A stretch of DNA of 61,585 nt, filler included, from Collodictyon triciliatum (Eukaryota), in the NCBI GenBank assembly GCA_043381765.1. It is 24 parts of 24 records of this genome, joined end to end, with 100 filler letters (N's around TTAATTAATTAA, not from the genome) between each part and the next. Parts side by side here need not be neighbours in the genome. Positions count along the whole stretch, not along the records: positions 25,950 to 28,441 come from JBHJMP010008782.1; positions 28,542 to 31,033 come from JBHJMP010008783.1; positions 31,134 to 33,628 come from JBHJMP010008784.1; positions 33,729 to 36,220 come from JBHJMP010008785.1; positions 36,321 to 38,811 come from JBHJMP010008786.1; positions 38,912 to 40,896 come from JBHJMP010008787.1; positions 40,997 to 43,485 come from JBHJMP010008789.1; 17 more parts are not named here. The stretch is one strand, 5' to 3'. Numbering within the stretch: position 1 is the first letter of the stretch; each line of letters starts with the position of its first letter. The translations under genes were made by a program, and so were the position numbers. The notes under the pieces were generated by a model. The model was given only the letters and a program-made list of their open reading frames with translations. It was not told where the DNA came from and ran no database searches. This document shows, piece by piece, positions 26,773-41,129 of this stretch.

Positions 26773-28541
26773 CTAACAAAAATGAAGATAATAAACAAAA
26801 AATAATTGGTATATTTACTCCGATTATACAAGTAGGAAGGATTGTTAATATCGGTGTATGTATCTCAAACCAAAAGACAACACACAAAGGCACAACACTA
26901 AAAAACGAGCATCTGATGGGCCATGCAAAGACTCGCACAAAAGAGAACATGAAAGTACCGTACATGTCGATACCAAACAGCGTGTGGGTTACCGACCAGA
27001 TAATATATAGAGACGATTGACAACACAAATTTTACATCGTTAACCCACAATCCTATGTCCCAATCTGACCGAAGGCTCACCAAAACAAACTTGGAGCGTG
27101 GCTGAATTCGCGAACAGCCCGACCGAAGACCGGCACACAGAAGCCACACACGCACGGTTCGAACCCCGCTGAATGCAACTACAGAAGAACGCATCGACCT
27201 GAAGCCGTGTGCGAGTAAGGACGCAGAGAAAACACTGGTGGCCTGCCTGCCTGCCTTTCATGCGGTTACAAAGAATGTGGCTGCCAGTGGCTTTGGACTT
27301 GGATACCTGTGGCGCTTGAATGAGGACTTGTTAGCCATCGTTCAAAGTTCATGTATTTTTTTTTTCCAAAAAAGAAAGAGAATAGGAAAAAAACTAGCCC
27401 GAACTCAGTGGCAGACTCTACCTGATGCATGACTCAAAGCTTTGTTGGTAATATGACTACCCTGTAAAATCCGGGCATCATACTTCTGACTATGTGCAGA
27501 ATAAGCTTGTTCCACGTCCAAACAGGCAGTTTGTTTTCCCCCACGAAGCCTTTTCTTTGGTTGGCTTCGTTTCGATTTGGTTGAGGGTGTTTTCTAACAG
27601 CAGCTTACTGAACGCATATCGGTCTCACCAAATCACCTATTTCTTTCGAATGGTCAAGAAAAACAAAAACAAAAACAAAAACAAAAACAAAAACAAAAAC
27701 AAAAACAAAAACAAAAACGAGATTCTTGGTTTGAAACGAGGGAAATAAAATTATCGGTGGTAACCCAACTGTGTTTTATTCAGCCCATCTCACCTTCTGA
27801 ATAGCTAGTCCCTTCATGGTTATACGAAATCACGCAGATAATCTGTTATTCGACTTATTCTCTTACTCATTTGATAGATTAGACCGGTGCACATTGTCAG
27901 TCTGCTGAGGCACTCAAGATTTTCCCCTCCGAAGCTCCAACTGCACTTTCGAAAACTCAAACAACTGCGTGTTCAGACTTCACGCCCATTCCACGCCAAA
28001 AGCTTCATATAGAATCGCACGTCCAACTAGTTTGTTTTTCTGTTCTTGATCCTTTGAATTATTGTTATTTTACAGCGTGAAAAAAAGCATCACCAAGATT
28101 GATTACCAAAGTAGAAATTCAAAGGGCTTGTTCTTGTATTCACCTTGGTTCATTTCGTAGCGCTGTGCTCCTGTTTTCGTATCCGTTCTTGTCATTCTTG
28201 AAGGACATATTTGGTTCAAGGGCAACGACTGGTGATGTCAAATTCAACTACACTATGGAATTTTGAATTATAAGTATTTACTTTAAGTTGGCCTATCAAT
28301 ATTTTTTCAAGGCTTTTCTATTCCAATATCTGATGGGTGCAAAAGCCGCCTTACGCCCTTTCCCAATCAATCGATAAGATTAAACCAAAAAAACCAAAAA
28401 AAAACCAAAAAAAAACCAAAAAAAAACCAAAAAAAAACCAANNNNNNNNNNNNNNNNNNNNNNNNNNNNNNNNNNNNNNNNNNNNTTAATTAATTAANNN
28501 NNNNNNNNNNNNNNNNNNNNNNNNNNNNNNNNNNNNNNNNN

Positions 28542-28637
<96 letters not shown>

Positions 28638-29254
28638 GAGAAAATGGGTGTGGCCTTTCTCGCTAATGATTTGAATGAAGGGCATGCCACTAGAAAAAAA
28701 ACTACAGGAAAAGCGCGCCATGCAACTTATTGTGCCTGTATGTTGCTTTCTGCACAGATTGTTGAGATGGGCTCGACAGTTAAGATTTTTAGAATAAAAA
28801 AAAAGTTGCTTTCTGTATGGATCATCGCTGGAAGGAGAAGGCAAAGCTTTTGGGTTGGGTGAGGGATGTGTTGGGTATTCGGCTGTGGCGAGGTTAACAA
28901 GCGCACAATAGCGTACTTTATTATTATATAATAGCACACTTTTGATGACTAATATAGTGTTATAATAAATAAAATTTGCAATAATGATTCTAAAATAATT
29001 TATATAATATATTTTCCATATTCTAATATTCGGAGTTTGGTTTGTATTTTTTTGTATGTGTGAACCTGTACCGTTCTCTCTGGCTCTGGTGCAAAGAACC
29101 CCCGAGTCATCAATACCCCTCATTTACCACTTCCCCAGCGGATCTCACGAAAAAAAGAAAAGAAATCGAACGATCAAAGTGAAAAGCATAGTTGATTCAT
29201 AATATGGTTGTTCTTGGCGAAGAGTTACAAGTGACAACCTTTACTCTCCATATT

Positions 29255-29321
29255 ATCTTTGTAGCGTTACTCTGCACAAAATTGTAAGGAATAAAGGAAA
29301 AAAAATCTTTGTAGCGTTGCT
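29255..29321 (+). mobile_element. 33-bp poly(A)-tailed micro-insertion (variant body) with 17-bp TSD
   Basis: ATCTTTGTAGCGTT(A/G)CT (29255-29271 and 29305-29321) flanks CTGCACAAAATTGTAAGGAATAAAGG(A)n. Confidence 0.7.
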
Positions 29322-29478
29322 TCTTTTTGTATGTGTTTGGCCCTTTTCATGTGCTCGCTTGCTTTTTTATCTTCAGATTCGTCTGTAAGCAATTGAAATA
29401 TTACACACGTATTTAATAAGTTGCAGGTGCATGTTGCATCTGAATTCTATATTATCAATTCAGCGCCCTTCTGTGACT

Positions 29479-30552
29479 ATGGATGTGCCTGTCAAACTTG
29501 TCCTTGGCAACGACGCACGCCGTGTTCGAATCAGTCAAGTAGCCTGTACGCTCTCCACTGTGCAAACCCTGGTGCAAACAACATTTGGGTTGTCTCCTTC
29601 GGATTATGTTCTTCGATATGTCGACAATGATGGGGATCGCGTGTCTCTGGTCACTGATGGTGATTTGAGGGAAGCATTTCTTTGGGCTGCCCGGGTCAAC
29701 CTCTCTCTGAAGTTCATCGTCGACATTGGTGCAGTCTCTATCGTGGCGCATGTGTCCACCTTTATGTTTTCCTTTTATATATATATATTTATTTTTGGTT
29801 CATGAGCTGATTTGTTAATCGATTTGTTTTGTCAGCCGATCTTTGTACTTTTATGTATTACGGTCTGTCATTTGCAGTCTATTTTGTTCGTTTTTATTTT
29901 TTTAGAGGAATATATTTTGGTTCGCTTGCATTTCCTAACTTTGCTACAACGTTACAGACAAGAAGCTCCCAGAGGGTCCATCCGAAAAAAACATCAGTGA
30001 GTTCTCTATTGCTTTGCGCAAAGCGTATACAGCCTGCCCTGATCAACAAAGAATCACCACTATTGTTTGTCAGGTCAGCTAAAGTCCTCTTAAATAGACC
30101 CCGAATTTAGTTTATTGGCATTAGTGTTTATCAGTATTTTTGGTATATTTTATTGTATTTCAATAGGCAATCAGAGAACTCCACTCGGTATCTCAACCCT
30201 CCACTCAAGCTCTTATGAATCCTACCCCATTCCAGGCTTCTAATGCACCAGGATGTATGCTTCGGTTATTTCTCTCACCTTGCATATTTTATTTTTTATT
30301 TTATTTTTTGCTATGGTTCATATTAGTCACACTGCTACATTCGTTCGGTCAGGGATGGCACACTATGGAATCATCTGTGATGGCTGTGGAAGCTCACCAA
30401 TCCTTGGAATTCGATTTAAGTGCAAGACATGTCCTGATTATGACCTGTGCTTTAAATGCAAAAACTCGGATATTATATTGGAACATTTGAAAATACACTC
30501 ATTCACGGAAATTACTCTGCCGCCCAACGCCGGGCCTGCACCTTTCCAATGA
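29479..30552 (+). CDS. PB1 plus ZZ zinc-finger protein (SQSTM1/NBR1-like N-terminal architecture)
   Basis: PB1 domain with a basic Lys (PVKLV) and OPCA motif ([19 protein letters not shown]). ZZ finger [30 protein letters not shown]...H. A stop follows shortly after the ZZ finger. Confidence 0.88.
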
Positions 30553-30911
30553 AGTCTCCATCGTTTTGACTACTCTCGAGGTCGTAGTCACAAGGAAAAA
30601 AATGCCGCATTTTATTCCCCCTTGTTATTGCTGAATTTGGGCATCTTCTCTCGCAAATAAATCAAACACAAATAGCTTTCACTTTATTCCGTGGTTTTAT
30701 GAGGAAAAGTTTTTGTTGTGTTCAATATTCATGAAACATGCATCCGATGAATGCGACCACCGAGAGTATAGGTTAAGAAGCAGGCTAAGCACAACTGCTC
30801 ACATCTTCTCGTAAATTCTAATTTTACAGTTATGTGTACAATATATTTGAACTCCTACCCAGGACTAGAATGCGTGCATTATTTCATCCTGTTAGTTAAA
30901 ACTACCTCATG

Positions 30912-31033
30912 TCTCGTGCAATACAGCTTCCTGAACAGTCTGCTGAAACACGCTCGCATTCTTCGCTACTCTGACCGCAAGCGAAGAGAGATGTGGGAAT
31001 GTGTCGTAAGATATCTCCCACAGCATATCCAAC
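30912..31033 (+). mobile_element. Fragment of the L1/Tx1-like LINE ORF2 C-terminus
   Basis: Closely matches the reverse complement of about 51522-51642 and encodes VQYSFLNSLLKHARILRYSDRKRREMWECVVRYLPQHIQ. Confidence 0.85.
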
Positions 31034-31133
31034 NNNNNNNNNNNNNNNNNNNNNNNNNNNNNNNNNNNNNNNNNNNNTTAATTAATTAANNNNNNNNNNN
31101 NNNNNNNNNNNNNNNNNNNNNNNNNNNNNNNNN

Positions 31134-31218
<85 letters not shown>

Positions 31219-31389
31219 TTAAAAAAGAAAAAGATTAAGGCCTAACGTGTTGGTTCCCTTTTTATGAGTTATCTATTGTCTTTTCTCTTGATTTTTCACC
31301 CCTTTTTTTACACTCTCTTTTTCCTTCTTATTAATCTTCCTTTTCTGTGAGAGTTGGGTGATAAGCTATAAGGGCGCGATGGTACTCAC

Positions 31390-33223
<1,834 letters not shown>

Positions 33224-33831
33224 CTTCTCTCGGCTACTTCTGGGAGAGAGTTAAAAGTTTAGAGTCAGGAAAGCCACAGTCCTGCTACACCACAACAAAG
33301 TCTACAGTTTATTTACCAGTGGTCTATGAAAATAAATGTGAGTATACATTAAAAAAAGCCATAAAAAAAAGGGTAAGAAAAAAAGAAGGGGCTATAGAAA
33401 AGAACTGAAAGGAAACCAACAACCCGCTCCGAGTTGACAAGTTTATTGTTCTCGTTGTGATTTCAGCAAAATATCAAAGTGTTCACCACCAGCCAGCCTC
33501 GACTGCCAATTCTCTTGTTTTGGGTTTTTTATTGGTTTTTTATTGGTTTTTTATTGGTTTTTTATTGGTTTTTTATTGGTTTTTTATTGGTTTTTTATTG
33601 GTTTTTTATTGGTTTTTTATTGGTTTTTNNNNNNNNNNNNNNNNNNNNNNNNNNNNNNNNNNNNNNNNNNNNTTAATTAATTAANNNNNNNNNNNNNNNN
33701 NNNNNNNNNNNNNNNNNNNNNNNNNNNNTTGTTTTATTATTTGTTTTATTATTTGTTTTATTATTTGTTTTATTATTTGTTTTATTATTTGTTTTATTAT
33801 TTGTTTTATTATTTGTTTTATTATTTGTTTA

Positions 33832-36095
33832 TCAAAAGTTCTTTTCTGTGCGTTGCGAAGCCGTCAAAGTCGATGAGGATGAAGCACCTGGCACAATCGG
33901 CCTTGTGCTGGAGCTAAACGACAATGCCGCAGTCCGAACGCTGTTGCGAGATGATTGCAAAAAAGCCAACTCAGCAGTTGTGTCGGTCGATGTGCTTTGA
34001 GCCGAACTGAGTCCAGAGGACTGTGAAGGAGGCGTGTTTGTTGTCGGGGGGACATGACTGATTGCCGTGTGTGATGGCGCTGATGTGTTGGATGCTATTG
34101 GTGTAGTTTGCATTGAGCGCGTCATCACGCTCGTGTTTGTACCTTTGCCTTGGCTGGGTGACGGAACAGCCCATACCCGGGGTGACTGGTTTGCTGTCGG
34201 CTGTATCGCTGGTCTCGCATTGATGGATGGAGATGAGGAGAATCCTTGAGATGTCGGTGCCTTTGTGGCTCCGTAGTATCCTGTGGGCGCTGGTGGTTTT
34301 GTATGAAAGCTAGTGTTTGTATTGCTAGGTACGATTTGTTTGGTGGCTGTTGCTTTTGCTGTTGCTATCGTTGAAGATGGTGTCGTGTTTGCAATCGATT
34401 GGTTGGTTGGTGTTGGTACTGTGGCGCTTTTTACTGGTAATGCCCAGCTATCAGTATCAGAGCTATCGCTTTGGTCTTGAAGGTCGGGTTGATTAAGTTG
34501 ATTAAGTTGATTTGACGATTGGGAAACGTATTGTGAAGTAGCTTGTGGTGTTGCTTGTGGTGTTGCTTGTGGTGTTGCTTGTGGTGTTGGTTTTGCTGTC
34601 GCTTGTGATGTTGTTTTTGCTGTCGTGGATGGAGATGAGGAGAATCCTTGAGATGTCGGGGCCTTTGTGACTCCGTAGTATCCTGTGGGCGCTGGTGGTT
34701 TTGTATGAAAGCTAGTGTTTGTGTTGCTAGGTACGATTTGTTTGGTAGCTGTTGCTTTTGCTGTTGCTACCGTTGAAGATGATGTTGAAGATGGTGTCGT
34801 GTTTGCAATCGATTGGTTGGTTGGTGTTGGTACTGTGGCGCTTTTTGCCGGTAATCCCCAGCTATCAGTATCAGAGCTATCGCTTTGGTCTTGAAGGTCG
34901 GGTTGATTAAGTCGATTTGACGATTGGGAAACGTATTGCAAAGTAGCTTGTGGTGTTGCATGTTTAGAAGCTACTGCTCTTGGATGTACACTCACTGGTT
35001 CAGAATCACTGACATCCATCTCCGGCGTTTCTTTAAATATGAGCGGTGATATTTCCCACGAGACTTTGGTGGAATCACGGCCATTGGCAGGGACCGCAGG
35101 GGCGACTTGCTGCTTGGGCAGAAATGTTTTGTTTCCTGTGTTGGTAGAGGGTAAAGTGGAGGTAGAGAAAGACGGTGTCGTAGAATCAGACCTAGATGCA
35201 AGGGAAAGGGCATGTGACTTTTGTTCCTTTATGGCTTTTTCGACAGCCGCTGTCACAGACTGGCTGACCGCATCTGCAATTGTTTTTGTCAGGCTCTGCA
35301 AGATTGCCTTTGTTATGGCATCTGCGTCGATCTGCAGCGTATTGATATCTTCATCTCGAGGTGTATTCGATTTTGCAACGGCTATCTCCTTGCTAGGCTG
35401 CTTGCGCTCTACTTCGTACGATGAACCAGAGTATAGGTGGCTACTTGACTGCTTTCCTTCGCTATTGATAGATTCAGTTGGTGCAGTGGGTTTGGGATTG
35501 AGATTGTTGCTGGGAGCGAAAGATGTAGTCTTTGGAAAAGCGGTGTTTCCAGCTGGGGCGACTGATTTGCTGTGAAGAGGTGTTGGCGCATCGGCGCTGT
35601 GGTTGGGCAGAGTTGCTGGGGCGGATGATCCTGTGGAGGACTGATTGGGATTTGATGCGACAGATGATCTGTCAGAGGTGCTTGTTGTCGGGACTGTATT
35701 GATTGGGGCGCTTGTCTGAGATGGTAGCGGTGTACGAGAGGTGATTGTAGTTGGCATCTTTTCTAGGGGTATGTGAGATATCCGTTTATAATGTGCGTTT
35801 GAATGAACAGAGGAAAAAGTTGATTGCAAATAGTGATTGCAAATACCTGTTGGGTGCACATTTTTTACAACATCGTCGGTGATTGGGGATATGGGCTAGT
35901 TCGATGATGATGATGATTATGGTGATGATATAAGTAGATGGAGCGAGTGTGTATGTGTTGTATTGAAAGAGTGTTAAGTACTTCGAAACTTACAAAAGTA
36001 GTTGAAAGACGGTGAAATACTTTCGTTTTTGAGCAGTTGGAGCATTTCAATTGGTCTAAGGCACTCGGGCTGAAACCAGTGCAAGCGGAAGACAT
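33832..36095 (-). CDS. Large S/T/P-rich disordered protein with an N-terminal C3H motif and an internal ~135-aa duplication (partial, spliced)
   Basis: Exon 1 is MSSACTGFSPSALDQLKCSNCSKTKVFH, followed by a GTAAGT donor. A ~1.9-kb open exon follows, in which 34225-34565 is duplicated at 34627-34960. Confidence 0.7.
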
Positions 36096-36578
36096 AATTT
36101 TCTATGGTTTTTCATGGCATAATTTTGTTTGTTTGTTTGTTTGTTTGTTTGTTTGTTTGTTTGTTTGTTTGTTTGTTTGTTTGTTTGTTTGTTTGTTTGT
36201 TTGTTTGTTTGTTTGTTTGTNNNNNNNNNNNNNNNNNNNNNNNNNNNNNNNNNNNNNNNNNNNNTTAATTAATTAANNNNNNNNNNNNNNNNNNNNNNNN
36301 NNNNNNNNNNNNNNNNNNNNAATAAAAAATAGAAATAAAAAATAGAAATAAAAAATAGAAATAAAAAATAGAAATAAAAAATAGAAATAAAAAATAGAAA
36401 TAAAAAATAGAAATAAAAATAGAAATAAAAAATAGAAATAAAAAGACAATAGAAATTACCGAAATAACAAAGAAGAAAGAAAATCATAGACAGTTACACG
36501 ATACACATTCCAAACTTCAGAGGTTTTAGCATCATTTTTTTTTTGACGATTGTCGAAAATATTAATAAGTTTCCTTAC

Positions 36579-38625
36579 CTCAAAACTCAAGCCACCACTT
36601 TTTGTGTCTAAAAAAGCAAATAAAGGGTATACTTCATCGAAGCAAATAAATGAGAATCCCAAAAGGCAATATAACGAAATGGAAACATAGCACTGAGTTC
36701 CCAAGTCAAATATACCCCCAGCACATCTATCAGACTGTAAAGTTTGTGCTTACTATTAACATATCATTTTGAATTTGATTTGTATTGAACAGGGCAAACA
36801 CTCATATAAGCTTCACATTCAATCACATAAAAAAATACCATGGTATTTTGCTCGTCAATTCTACTTTTGACAGGGCCTACATTTGTTGCCTCAACCAAAG
36901 TTAGTGGTACCCTAGATGATTACCGAATGGCAGGTATCAGAGATTAGAGCAAAGTGGATGAACCGAAAAAATAAAGAGACAAAATCTAGAGCTTGCAGTA
37001 CCATGAATAAAATATAAATATTTGTATAAAATAAATTCCATAAACATGTCCTTGAAAATTACAAGTAAAATTACTCAGAGTATTCATCAGTAATGGATCT
37101 TTCTTTATCAAAGTGTTTGATATACACAAATTTGTTCCACTGGATTCCTTTTTTCTGTGTGCCTTTTTCTCGCCTTACCTTTTTGCACACAAAAAATGGC
37201 GTATAGATTAAGATTTAAAATTTTCGGAGCCTTATCTCCCAAAACGTCAAGGTTAAAACAAAACATCTGGTATACATGAAAAACTCAATTGATTCCCTTT
37301 TGATCAAATACTTTTTTCAATATTCCCTTGGTAGATTTCTTTGGTGATAAACCAACATTCATTTGAACCGTGGTAGATGATGTTGTGGGTGCATCAGATG
37401 CAACATCATATGATATATCACCCACATCAGGGTTAAAATCTGTCTGATGGGCAATGTCTTCAGTCTGAATATCATCTAACAAACCAACAGTCTCCTCTGA
37501 AGATGGGTCTAAAGACTTCATTTCGGTGGTAGAACCGCCATCTTTTCTAGCCTTTTTCAGTGTTTCTTCGAGAAAAATTAGGCAAGAAAAGAAACCAAAG
37601 AGGGCCACAATCGAAGCGGTGATGCTTGGCAAGAGAAATGGATGTGTGCAAAATACAGAGTTTTCGTGAAAAGCATCGGGATATTTATCACACGGCATAC
37701 AAAGGACTCCACCGATGAAACTGCCCACTAAATTTGAATTAAAAATGAGTTATATTGATTCATGAGCTCTATTCATTAGATGTTATGTGGGTCAAATACT
37801 TCCGATTTTATCGGTTATACGTACACAAAGACCCGACCCCCCATGTCATACCCACCACACTAAAGCTTCGGGCTATCTGTGACTCTGTGCTGATCTCTTT
37901 CAAATATGTGCGCGCAGCGGCTATGTTACCTTTTTTTTTTTTTTTTAAGTGGCAAAGAAGTCAAAATAAATTGATATGAAAGGTCTCAATGAATGTAACG
38001 TAAATTATTCGTTTACTTTTTATAATTTTTTTTTGTAAGAGACCTATTACAAATATAACATGAAGCAGAATGCAAGATTAAAAAGAAATAAGACTGCTCG
38101 TGTTGCATTTGACATATGCAGCTATATTTTGTTACAAATGCGCCTACCATTCATCATTCCTGTCAATCCCCGGCAAAGAACAGCCCACCATAGATTTGTG
38201 CTAAATCCAAACATAAGAATAAAGAATCCGTTCCCGATGAGGCCAAACAGCAACGTTATTTTACGACCATAGTTATCTGAGACATACCCCCATGGAGTGC
38301 TGTTATTATATCACAGGATAATTAGGAACGAGAGAAGAAATCAAATATGAATTCAATTATACACAATCCACAAAAGAATGAAAAGAATTTAAAAATAGAA
38401 GAAAGTAATAATGAAAAACCTCGTCAAGAATTGACCGAGAAAGAACGCACTCGCCAACAAGCCAGCATAGTAACCAACCTCTTCATCGGATTCCGCAATA
38501 TCAAAATATTTTATCATGAACGGAAGCAAGGGGAAAATCATGTTTGCGCTAAACGACTCGCTTAGAAGAACAGCCGAAACCACGAGAAGCTTCACATGAT
38601 ACGACGTCGTGGAGGGAGCCGCCAT
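36579..38625 (-). CDS. Major facilitator superfamily transporter, ZIFL1/YCR023C-like (5' part)
   Basis: Reads MIFPLLPFMI...EVGYYAGLLASAFFLGQFLT, WGYVSDNYGRK (MFS motif A), GNIAAARTYLKEI, HPFLLP...FLEETL and GGLSF. Confidence 0.9.
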
Positions 38626-38749
38626 TCAGACACCAGCGCCACAAGGCCACACAGGCTTTCTATCTAGAAAAAACTGTAAGGGAAAAAAAAAAGAACGAAA
38701 ACAAAAAAGAACGAAAACAAAAAAGAACGAAAACAAAAGAAAAAAAAAG

Positions 38750-38811
<62 letters not shown>

Positions 38812-39008
38812 NNNNNNNNNNNNNNNNNNNNNNNNNNNNNNNNNNNNNNNNNNNNTTAATTAATTAANNNNNNNNNNNNNNNNNNNNNNNNNNNNNNNNN
38901 NNNNNNNNNNNAACACATAACTCGTTTCATATTGTCTCCAGAGATATAAAGAGGGAGAGGTGAAATCCCTTGAAACCAACATAAAGAAATAAAGAAATAA
39001 AGAAATAG

Positions 39009-39104
<96 letters not shown>

Positions 39105-39198
39105 CAATAACACATAATGTTAGTTCTCGTAGAAGTCAAATATGAAGTAATGGTAAATTTACATATATACGTGATTCAGATGTCGCTCATGAACGCAA

Positions 39199-39250
39199 TA
39201 GGATCATCTGTGTATTTTTTCCCTTTATTCGATTAGGATCATCTGTATAT
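39199..39250 (-). mobile_element. 18-bp retroposed LINE 3' tip with 17-bp TSD (1 mismatch)
   Basis: TAGGATCATCTGT(G/A)TAT (39199-39215 and 39234-39250) flanks TTTTTCCCTTTATTCGAT. Confidence 0.78.
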
Positions 39251-39279
39251 ATTTTGACGCTTAGTAATTTTCTCTTCAG

Positions 39280-40241
39280 ATATGCCCTAGTGTTTTTCCC
39301 TGGACTAGAAGAGTTTGTTGAGGCCATTCTGTTCTACTTTTATCTATTCGAAAAGAAAGTCCCAACACCAGAAGAAATCACAAATTATGTCTGGACAACA
39401 ACATCTCAAGCTAGCTCCAACGCGGTAATCTATCATGATGCTACTCCTACTTCCTTTTCATGAATAATATACATCAATACACCATGACATATTTTAATAA
39501 AAATCCCCAGTATTTTCATTTCAAGCACAGTGCATCTTCAAGCCTTTAAAATGACAAGACTTGTATTCTTTCCCTCTGAATTGATTTCGATCGATAACTG
39601 TGCTTCTTCCTTGTACATATTACGAGAAAGAGTCAGATGCACCAATGTACCCATATCTTATCATCCCTGATCGTAAAATTGGCTCTAGATATTTCGATTT
39701 TCTATCCCGACTGAAGTCTATATCGGCGGTCTGTCTGATTACACTGGCGAACTTATGAGGTTCTCGACAAACCTAGTTTCCAGTGGCAAAATTGACCAGA
39801 TTGGCCCCATACACGAACTTTTGCGGGAACTTACAACGGGTCTACTTTTATTTGTGCACATGGATAATATGTGTAATTGCTACCAGCCATTTCCTGCTCA
39901 AGTTTATGTCTTTGCCTAGCCTTTTTTCTTCTTTTTTTCTTAATCATTCATGGCGTTCCTTCCTTTTTCTACCCACTAACAACACTAGGTACAATGTCCG
40001 TCTTTCTCACTCCCAAGTTGTTACAGAAACTGGATGCAATGAAAGCTAATTTGGCGAAATTGGATGCTTGTATGTTTAATGATTGATAACATCGCTGCTA
40101 CGCTGAAAATGGTGTCTTCGGTTCGTCTGGAGTCTTTCCTCATCTTAACCTCACCTAATTTTGTTGGTAGTGTGCTACAACATCGAAGTCCGTGGATCAG
40201 AAAGGTCCTCGCAAATGATGGCGTTTGAGGAGGAAAAATAA
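39280..40241 (+). CDS. TSNAX: Translin-associated factor X (TRAX, C3PO subunit), 3' exons
   Basis: Reads PGLEEFVEA, YIGGLSDYTGELMR, KLDAMKANLAKL and VCYNIEVRGSE; the acidic active-site residues are retained; stop at 40239-40241. Confidence 0.85.
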
Positions 40242-40814
40242 AAAAGAAATGTATGATTGGATAATCGTCCCTGTTTAAATTCTCACGTCCTTTTTAAGCT
40301 TGTGTATGAACACGTACACATCTGCACAAGAAAAATGAGTAGAAAAATATATTTCTTAATAAAGTTGGGAATGGGTGCAGAGGAATAGTAATGTTGTTGG
40401 GTTTCAATATCGTGATGCAAGATTAAAGTGAGCCACTGCGTTCTTGGGCTAAAGTTGGTGATATGAAATAATAATGATAATAATAAAGGGGGAATAATCC
40501 TAGAGGGTGTGCTTGAACTTGGTGTGTTGATTTATTCATTTTGATGCCATGAAAATTGCCAAAGGAACTCCTTTCGATACTTCACCTTCTTTTTTGATTT
40601 TTTTTTTTTTTGAGGAACATCTCACGCTACTTTGAAAACTCTGTCAAAAAACTCTTTAGAAAGTAATCAAAAGCTTGAAACTCTTCCACAGAATTTTGTA
40701 AAAATGAGGGCGGTGTGATTGCAACCCAGGAGCCACCAAACCGATGGCGCTGTGATGCATAACATTTATGTTAATAGAGTGTCACCATTTGCATGTATGC
40801 TATGGTCAATATAC

Positions 40815-40866
<52 letters not shown>

Positions 40867-41129
40867 AAAAAAAAAACAAAAAAAAAAAAAAAAAAANNNN
40901 NNNNNNNNNNNNNNNNNNNNNNNNNNNNNNNNNNNNNNNNTTAATTAATTAANNNNNNNNNNNNNNNNNNNNNNNNNNNNNNNNNNNNNNNNNNNNTAAA
41001 AATTAATAAAAATTAATAAAAATTAATAAAAATTAATAAAAATTAATAAAAATTAATAAAAATTAATAAAAATTAATAAAAATTAATAAAAATTAGATGA
41101 AATCAAGTAACATAGTGGAATTTTTTTAG

